From NCBI GenBank assembly GCA_902616715.1, contig CACMTR010000004.1:28-64027 (forward strand): 64,000 nt of DNA, in the 5' to 3' direction. This DNA comes from an uncultured SAR86 cluster bacterium (GTDB taxonomy: Bacteria > Pseudomonadota > Gammaproteobacteria > Magnimaribacterales > AG-339-G14). The stretch's first letter is position 1. Each line of letters opens with the position of its first letter. Position numbers and translations under genes: made by a program. Shown here piece after piece: positions 47,001 through 53,291 of this stretch. Under the pieces are notes generated by a model. The model was given only the letters and a program-made list of their open reading frames with translations. It had not been told where the DNA came from and ran no database searches.

Positions 47001-48227
47001 TTAAAAATCTATAATTCCAGCTTCTTTTAATTCTTTAATATCTTTTTCAGTTTTGCCTAAATCAAATAAAATCTGTTTAGTGTGTTCTCCAAGTTCTGGG
47101 CCTTTTTTTGGAGTTTTTTTAATTTCGTCTTTAATAAATATAGGACTGTTTACTGTTAGTGTATCGTCACCAAATGCTTGATCTTCGTACTTAATTAATA
47201 CTCCGCTATCAAGAAATTGTTTATCTTCGGCTAAATCTTCTGATTTATTCATAAAACCAAAAGTAACTCCGGAATTTTTTAATTTATCGATTGCATCAGA
47301 AAGATCAATTTGTATGAAGACGTCTTCCAAGATTTTGTAAAGCTCTTTAAAATTTATATTAAGATTTTTAAAATTAGAAAATTTCTTATTTTTATTCAAA
47401 TATTCAAGATTCATGGCTTCGAGGAATTTTGGCCACTCTTTTGCAGCATCGATAATAGCCAAAAGTAAAAATCTTCCGTCTTTAGTTTTATACCTTCCAC
47501 CGAAAGGATGTAATGGAGATTCATCTCGACGGTCTGGAAATTCTGCATCAAACAAACCGGCTTGAATATAGCTGCCATTTGACCATGCTCCATTGGCCAT
47601 TAAAGAAGTATAGACTTCTCCACCTTTTCCAGTTTTTTCTCTCCTATATAGAGCGGTCATTATGCTAGCAAATAAAGCTACTCCGCTTGGTTGATCACCG
47701 ATTCCAATTGGAACAAAACCAGGAGAAGAATTTTCAGATGGTCTGACAATATCCATTAATCCACTCCTTGCCCACCAAGCTAATACGTCAAAAGCAGTTC
47801 TATGAGAATCTTCACCGTCTTCGCCGTATCCTGTTAGAGATCCGTAAACTAGTCGTTCGTTAATCGGAAGCAAATCTTTAGCGCGAATCTTTAGTTTCTC
47901 TCTAGTCTTTTCAGGCATATTAGTAACAAAAACGTCTGAGTTCTTAACTAATTCTTTTAAAATTTCTTGGCCTTTAGATGTATTTAAGTCTAAGGCTAAA
48001 CTTTTTTTATTCCTGGAGGTTAGATGCCAACAGTAATCTTTTTCACTTTGCGGGTTAACTCTTCTTGTTCTGAGGATAAGATGCCTTAAGCTATCTCCTA
48101 CTTTTGGAGGTTCAATTTTTATTACTTCAGCACCGAAATCAGAAAGTATTGTGGTAGAGGATGGACCTGCAATAAAACTTGCAGCGTCAATTACTTTGAT
48201 CCCTTTTAAAAGCAAATTTTCAGACAT
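47001..48227 (-). CDS. CoA transferase, family III (CaiB/BaiF)
   Basis: LKGIKVIDAASFIAGPS...GAEVIKIEPP N-terminal signature, 408 aa. Confidence 0.88.
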   Translation of the reverse strand: MSENLLLKGIKVIDAASFIAGPSSTTILSDFGAEVIKIEPPKVGDSLRHLILRTRRVNPQSEKDYCWHLTSRNKKSLALDLNTSKGQEILKELVKNSDVFVTNMPEKTREKLKIRAKDLLPINERLVYGSLTGYGEDGEDSHRTAFDVLAWWARSGLMDIVRPSENSSPGFVPIGIGDQPSGVALFASIMTALYRREKTGKGGEVYTSLMANGAWSNGSYIQAGLFDAEFPDRRDESPLHPFGGRYKTKDGRFLLLAIIDAAKEWPKFLEAMNLEYLNKNKKFSNFKNLNINFKELYKILEDVFIQIDLSDAIDKLKNSGVTFGFMNKSEDLAEDKQFLDSGVLIKYEDQAFGDDTLTVNSPIFIKDEIKKTPKKGPELGEHTKQILFDLGKTEKDIKELKEAGIIDF

Positions 48228-48283
48228 ATAAGAATATTAACTTGAAACAATGATATTGATTTTATCTTCGGTCTGTCAATCTT

Positions 48284-49246
48284 CTAGTTTTTTGAAAATT
48301 TATCAGTAGCCTCAACTAATAATTTAGAAATTTCTTTTTCAAAAGCAGAGTGTCCAGAAAAAGGAGCAATTTTTAGTTCAGATTCAGGCCAACGCCTATG
48401 TAATTCGTACGCTGTAGTAGGAGGACAAACTACATCATATCTACCCTGGACAATCACTGAAGGAATATGCCTGATAATATCAATATTATCCAAGAGTTGA
48501 TTTTCGTGATCTAAGAAACCATTGTTCACAAAATAGTGGTTCTCTATTTGAGCAAAAGCCAGAGCGAACTCTGCGTTTACAGAATCTTTTACTGCGTCAG
48601 GATTATGATTGATGAAGCTCGTTGAAGCTTCCCATTTAGACCAAGCTTTCGCAGCGGACAATTTTTTTTCTTCATCAGCTCCGTTAAAGATTTTTCGGTA
48701 AGCTTCAATAAGATCTGAATGCTCTTCTTTGGGTATTTCGTTTAAAAAACCTTGCCATGCTTCTGGGTATATTTCGCTGGCTCCATATTGATAGAACCAT
48801 CTCAATTCTTTTTCTCTCAACATAAAAATACCTCTTAGTACGAGTTCGGAGACATGGTCTGGGTGTTTTTGAGCATATGCTAAAGCAAGAGTACTGCCCC
48901 AAGATCCTCCAAATACCAACCACCTATTTATTTCTAATTTTTTTCTGATTGACTCTATATCTTGAACTAAATGCCAAGTGGTATTATCTTCTAAACAAGT
49001 ATGAGGCTTACTCTTACCACAACCCCTTTGATCAAAGAGAACGATTCTGTATTTTTTAGGATTAAAAAATCTTCTTGAAAATTTTCCAGCACCACCACCC
49101 GGACCGCCATGTAAGAAGATTGCGGGCTTTCCTTTAGGGTTACCACATTCTTCGAAGTAAATTTCATGAATACCACTTTTAATAAAACCTGAGTTGTAGG
49201 GTTCTATCGCGGGGTAGAGAATTTGTTTTTTCTTAAAAAATTTCAC
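48284..49246 (-). CDS. pip: prolyl aminopeptidase (proline iminopeptidase)
   Basis: LHGGPGGG, GGSWGSTLALAY nucleophile elbow, SGHSA. Confidence 0.92.
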   Translation of the reverse strand: MKFFKKKQILYPAIEPYNSGFIKSGIHEIYFEECGNPKGKPAIFLHGGPGGGAGKFSRRFFNPKKYRIVLFDQRGCGKSKPHTCLEDNTTWHLVQDIESIRKKLEINRWLVFGGSWGSTLALAYAQKHPDHVSELVLRGIFMLREKELRWFYQYGASEIYPEAWQGFLNEIPKEEHSDLIEAYRKIFNGADEEKKLSAAKAWSKWEASTSFINHNPDAVKDSVNAEFALAFAQIENHYFVNNGFLDHENQLLDNIDIIRHIPSVIVQGRYDVVCPPTTAYELHRRWPESELKIAPFSGHSAFEKEISKLLVEATDKFSKN

Positions 49247-49269
49247 AAAAATTTACTATTACAGAAAGA

Positions 49270-49318
49270 TGCCCAGAGGCGGGATCGAACCACCGACATA
49301 AGGATTTTTAGTCCTCTG
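49270..49318 (-). repeat. truncated duplicate of the tRNA-Phe 3' portion (discriminator to anticodon stem); att-like direct repeat
   Basis: 49270-49318 aligns to 51135-51183 in the same orientation at 46/49 identities, including a 29-nt perfect run at 49270-49298. There is no 5' acceptor arm, so it is not a functional tRNA. Confidence 0.8.
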
Positions 49319-49446
49319 TTCATAAGTCTTAATCCCTTTAAAGAATTACCTTTCAGAAAATCTGTGTGCTTACCTGTGTGCATGAATGTGATACAAACTC
49401 CTAAAACATTGATATAAAGAGGTTGCGCATGAAAGCATCAATTTTT

Positions 49447-49707
49447 TTATCTTTTAAGGGTTTTTAATATTTCCTCAACCTTATTGTCAAAACCCTTCTC
49501 ATCGTTTAGTACTTCTTGAATACATTCCTTCATATGTTTTTTTAATATCTTTCCTTCAATACTTGTAAGAGCATTTTTAACTGCCTTGATTTGATTAAGT
49601 ATATCAATGCAATACTTTTCCTCATCAATCATGTTAGCAATTCCACGAACCTGTCCCTCAATTCTATTAAGACTAGGAATTTCTTCTTTATGGCATGGAT
49701 TTTTCAT
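49447..49707 (-). CDS. csoR: CsoR-family metal-sensing transcriptional repressor (Cu(I)-type signature)
   Basis: 86 aa, RIEGQVRGI motif, C33/H58/C62 with the 25- and 4-residue spacing of the x-C-H-C Cu(I) site. ATGA overlap with the upstream gene. Confidence 0.88.
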   Translation of the reverse strand: MKNPCHKEEIPSLNRIEGQVRGIANMIDEEKYCIDILNQIKAVKNALTSIEGKILKKHMKECIQEVLNDEKGFDNKVEEILKTLKR

Positions 49708-50069
49708 ATTAATTTAGGAATTAAATAAGTAAATATTGTAGCAAAAATAAACAATACAACTGAAATGTAATAAACGTATCTAGATTTTTTTCTAGTTTGC
49801 ATACATAACTTACCTAACTCAGGATCTGTGGGGCAAGGCATATAATAAGTTTTATAATTCACATATCCCGCAAAAATGATCATCACTAAAGCAAACGTTG
49901 TTATGGATAACTTATATTGAGATAAGACAATTAAAAAAGGAAAGACTGTTATTAAACTTGCAAAAGAAGCACCCGCGCCAATTGCAATAAATAATGAAGG
50001 AAGTGCACAACATATTAAGGTTGATGACGAGGCAAACAAGGATAAAAAGTTTGCAGATTTATCTTGCAT
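49704..50069 (-). CDS. MerT/MerC-like cysteine-pair membrane protein (putative metal transporter)
   Basis: 121 aa, 3-4 hydrophobic segments, vicinal CC in the first TM (LICCALPS), second pair CPTDPELGKLC. Confidence 0.5.
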   Translation of the reverse strand: MQDKSANFLSLFASSSTLICCALPSLFIAIGAGASFASLITVFPFLIVLSQYKLSITTFALVMIIFAGYVNYKTYYMPCPTDPELGKLCMQTRKKSRYVYYISVVLFIFATIFTYLIPKLI

Positions 50070-50074
50070 AATTT

Positions 50075-50476
50075 TTAAAGATCAATAACCTGCATATCAA
50101 TTGCATTTTGTCCGTTCATAAGAATTTTATCCCTGATGTCTTCAAAGATTATTTCATGAGCAACATTGTATGCAATCAAAACCTTTCCTTTGCTTAGATC
50201 AACATCTATTTTTTTAACATTAATGTCTTTTTTAAAAATTTTTTCAATACCTCTAGCACAGAAATCACACACCATACCTTGAACATTTACGATTGCAATT
50301 TGGGTATCTTTAAGATCCATAATGAATTTATCAAATCTCTCAGGATCAACTTCTAATTTCTTCCCATCTACAAATTTTTCATGTACATGTTCTTCATGAG
50401 TATGATGCATGCCGTCATGAGGAGTTTCTCCCCATGCCATTGAAGTAAAAATAAGAATTAATAATATGTTTTTCAT
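50075..50476 (-). CDS. exported heavy-metal-associated (HMA) domain protein with His/Met-rich N-terminal segment
   Basis: Signal peptide ...SMAWG, HDGMHHTHEEHVHE, HMA motif GMVCDFC within a beta-alpha-beta-beta-alpha-beta pattern. AGGAGG SD. Confidence 0.8.
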   Translation of the reverse strand: MKNILLILIFTSMAWGETPHDGMHHTHEEHVHEKFVDGKKLEVDPERFDKFIMDLKDTQIAIVNVQGMVCDFCARGIEKIFKKDINVKKIDVDLSKGKVLIAYNVAHEIIFEDIRDKILMNGQNAIDMQVIDL

Positions 50477-50485
50477 ATTTTCCTC

Positions 50486-51085
50486 CTACAATCTATACAT
50501 TAGATGAACATCCCATTCAGTTTTTTTGCTATAACCAAATTCCATAAGAACATTTCCTTTAAAAAATTTTAATACAGGGTAAGTTGACCAACTATTCTTA
50601 AGAGAATTTTCTTTTGCCTTAATCATTATCCATGTGTGCAAGTCGCCATAATCACCAACATAGGGCGCTACTCCTATTTGATAGTATTGTTCAAAATAGT
50701 CTTGAATTTTTCTTTTAGTTTCATTTAATCCAAAACCAATAAATAATCTTCTTGTTTCCCAATCTCCATGTAAACCGTAAAAAAATTCATCAAAACCTTT
50801 TGAACTAATACCAGATTGAAAATACAAATTTCTTTGAGAATTTTCAGTATTTTTTCTATTCAATAAGTATGTATATCTAAGAAATGAATAATTATCATTA
50901 AAATAATCGTTTCTTATAACTTCAATCCCAATCGAGTATTTATAGGATGGCGAATAATGGTAGTAGATAGAATTTTTTATATTATCTGAAAATGCCATTA
51001 TGGTTGAACCTCCTGTGTAAGATATAGGTCTAGCATCAAGTCCAAGCGACATAACAGACAAGAGACAAATAATTCTTATACCCAT
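50486..51085 (-). CDS. exported protein, possible small outer-membrane beta-barrel; function unknown
   Basis: Signal peptide (…LGLDA/RP), Tyr/Phe-rich alternating hydrophobicity. First gene of the cassette, with no SD before the ATG. Confidence 0.4.
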   Translation of the reverse strand: MGIRIICLLSVMSLGLDARPISYTGGSTIMAFSDNIKNSIYYHYSPSYKYSIGIEVIRNDYFNDNYSFLRYTYLLNRKNTENSQRNLYFQSGISSKGFDEFFYGLHGDWETRRLFIGFGLNETKRKIQDYFEQYYQIGVAPYVGDYGDLHTWIMIKAKENSLKNSWSTYPVLKFFKGNVLMEFGYSKKTEWDVHLMYRL

Positions 51086-51094
51086 GGGGGGTAT
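51078..51094 (-). promoter_or_regulatory. candidate CsoR operator (G/C-tract pseudo-palindrome) over the start codon of the first cassette gene
   Basis: Plus strand ATACCC-ATG-GGGGGTAT, with outer inverted repeat ATACCC/GGGTAT and a G6 tract in otherwise AT-rich DNA. The minus strand reads TAAAAT(-10-like)-ACCCCCC-ATG-GGTAT. Confidence 0.6.
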
Positions 51095-51131
51095 TTTACT
51101 ATTATTTTTTTAATATAAAAGATTATTTTGT

Positions 51132-51207
51132 TGGTGCCCAGAGGCGGGATCGAACCACCGACACAAGGATTTTCAGTCCTTTGCTCTACCAACTGAGCTA
51201 TCTGGGC
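51132..51207 (-). tRNA. tRNA-Phe: tRNA-Phe (anticodon GAA), CCA encoded
   Basis: The reverse complement folds by hand into a cloverleaf: acceptor GCCCAGA/TCTGGGC, D stem GCTC/GAGC, anticodon stem AAGGA/TCCTT with loop CTGAAAA, T arm GGTGG-TTCGATC-CCGCC, then ACCA. Confidence 0.95.
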
Positions 51208-51292
51208 TTTGAGAAGAAATTATATTAGAAGAATCGTCTTTGATGCGCAATCAATTTAAAATATAAGAATAAATTTTTAGGAAAGAAATTTT

Positions 51293-53287
51293 ATGACGGG
51301 AGAAAAGCTTAAATGGGGTTTAATAGCTAATGGTGCTATAGCGAATGCTTTTGCTAACTCTATTAAGAATTCTAAAACTTCGGAGCTCAAATCGGTATTT
51401 GGACGCAATAAATCTAAAGTAGAAGCCTTTGCCAAAAAACATAAAATAATTTCTTTCAATGATCTCGATAGTTTTTTAGATAGTGATTTAGATGCAGTGT
51501 ATATCGCAACTCCTCATGATTCGCATTTTTATTATTCTCTTAAATGCGTTCGTCAAAATCTTCACGTGCTGTGTGAAAAACCTTTAACCATAAATTCTTC
51601 TGAATCAATGATTCTGATAAATGAAGCCCAAAAGAGAAATGTTTTTTTAATGGAGGCATTTATGTACAGATGTCACCCTCAAACATTTAAGGTTTTAGAA
51701 TTAATAGAAAAACATTTTTTAAATAAGGAAGTAAAAATGCAAAGTTCTTTTGGCTTTGCAGCAAATGTATCAAAAGAACATAGGCTGAGAAATCCTTATT
51801 TAGCAGGCGGGGCAATTCTCGATGTAGGTTGTTATCCTCTTTCGATGGTGCGATTAATATCTGGTAGGTTAAAGAATTTACCTTTCGCAGATCCTTTAGA
51901 AATAGTTGTGGAGGGCGAGTTAGATGAAACAGGAGTGGATGCTAAGTCTACTGCGAAATTAAATTTTTCTGATGGCATTTCTGCCGAAATTCAGACCGCT
52001 ATTCAAGAGCAGTACAAAAACAATCTTATTGTGGAAGCAGATAATTTAAGACTTGAAATCCCGGATCCTTGGCACTGCGGTCAATTTAACAATGGAAAGT
52101 CTTTAATTAAGTTTTCAGATAAAGGTAAAGACGGATTTTTTGAAATTACAGATGAAGTTGGTTTGTTTACAAGAGAAATAGATGAAGCAGCAAATTGCAT
52201 TAAAGAAAATAAATTTGAGTCACCATTGATGTCGCATAAAGATACTTTAGGAAATATTTTATGGTTGGAAAAATGGTATTCGAAACTTGGAATAAAATTT
52301 CCGAGTAATGAAATAAAGAATTCGGCTATCAGAGGTTTAGATTTTAATTTGAAATCAAATAAGGATCATAAATTATTTTCTATTTCAGGAAAGTTAGCTC
52401 CAAGGATTGTTTTTGGATGTGATAATCAAATATCAGAACTACATGCATTTTCTATGTTTGAGCATTTCTATCAGCAGGGCGGAAGAATATTTGATACGGC
52501 ATATATTTACAACAATGGTCTTTCCGACGGATACCTTGGCGCATGGATAAACGAGCGTAATCTAAGGGATGAAATAGTAATTTTAGGAAAGGGAGCACAC
52601 ACACCTGACTGTGAGCCAGAAAATATAAAACCACAATTAGAAGAATCTCTGAATCGCATGAATTTAGATAGGTTAGATATATATTGTTTGCATAGAGATA
52701 ATCCAGAGATCCCTGTTGAAGAGTTCATTGATGAGTTGAATAAGTTGCGATCATCTGGTCTTTTTACATTATTCGGAGCTTCTAATTGGACTTTGGAAAG
52801 ATTTAGGAAAGCAAACGAATATGCTACTAAAAATAATAAGGAAGGATTTAAAGTATTAAGTAACAACTTCAGTTTAGCAAAAATGAATAAACCAGTTTGG
52901 CCTGGATGTGTGAGTTGTGATGAAAAATATTTAGATTATTTAGTATCAAATAATATCTATTTACTTCCTTGGTCCAGCCAAGCCAGAGGTTTTTTTGTTC
53001 AACAAGATTTATTCCCAAAATTTATTCACGGAGCAAATCCAACTTTAGAGGAAGAAATTAGAGTATGGCATAGTAAAGACAATTTAGATCGAAGAAAAAG
53101 ATGTTTTGAGTTAGCTGAGAAGTTGAACTGTAGCCCTATAGAGCTAGCTTTGGCATATGTTATTAATCGAAACGAAAATATATTTCCCTTGGTAGGGCCA
53201 AGAAACTTGTTTGAATCTGAAAGTTGTATGCAAGCTTTAAGAATTAATCTTACTCAAGAGCAAGTACATTTTCTCATGGAAGGGTAA
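51293..53287 (+). CDS. two-domain fusion: Gfo/Idh/MocA-family oxidoreductase (N) + aldo/keto reductase (C)
   Basis: N-half: GLIANGAIANAF Rossmann motif and LCEKPL motif. C-half: FDTAYIY, ILGKG, LDIYCLHRDNP, GASNW (AKR Asp/Tyr/Lys/His set). Single uninterrupted 664-codon ORF. Confidence 0.85.
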   Translation: MTGEKLKWGLIANGAIANAFANSIKNSKTSELKSVFGRNKSKVEAFAKKHKIISFNDLDSFLDSDLDAVYIATPHDSHFYYSLKCVRQNLHVLCEKPLTINSSESMILINEAQKRNVFLMEAFMYRCHPQTFKVLELIEKHFLNKEVKMQSSFGFAANVSKEHRLRNPYLAGGAILDVGCYPLSMVRLISGRLKNLPFADPLEIVVEGELDETGVDAKSTAKLNFSDGISAEIQTAIQEQYKNNLIVEADNLRLEIPDPWHCGQFNNGKSLIKFSDKGKDGFFEITDEVGLFTREIDEAANCIKENKFESPLMSHKDTLGNILWLEKWYSKLGIKFPSNEIKNSAIRGLDFNLKSNKDHKLFSISGKLAPRIVFGCDNQISELHAFSMFEHFYQQGGRIFDTAYIYNNGLSDGYLGAWINERNLRDEIVILGKGAHTPDCEPENIKPQLEESLNRMNLDRLDIYCLHRDNPEIPVEEFIDELNKLRSSGLFTLFGASNWTLERFRKANEYATKNNKEGFKVLSNNFSLAKMNKPVWPGCVSCDEKYLDYLVSNNIYLLPWSSQARGFFVQQDLFPKFIHGANPTLEEEIRVWHSKDNLDRRKRCFELAEKLNCSPIELALAYVINRNENIFPLVGPRNLFESESCMQALRINLTQEQVHFLMEG

Positions 53288-53291
53288 ATTT

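Larger units (their letters stand above)
49270..51207 (-). mobile_element. putative integrase-less genomic islet inserted at the tRNA-Phe 3' end (remnant)
   Basis: An intact tRNA-Phe at one end and a 49-nt direct repeat of its 3' part at the other. The cargo is a self-contained 4-gene metal cassette. No recombinase gene lies inside. Confidence 0.45.

Noticed and set aside
49223-49417. 64-aa plus-strand ORF between pip and csoR.
   Set aside because: It is read across the truncated tRNA-Phe copy, so the apparent coding potential is tRNA-derived sequence.
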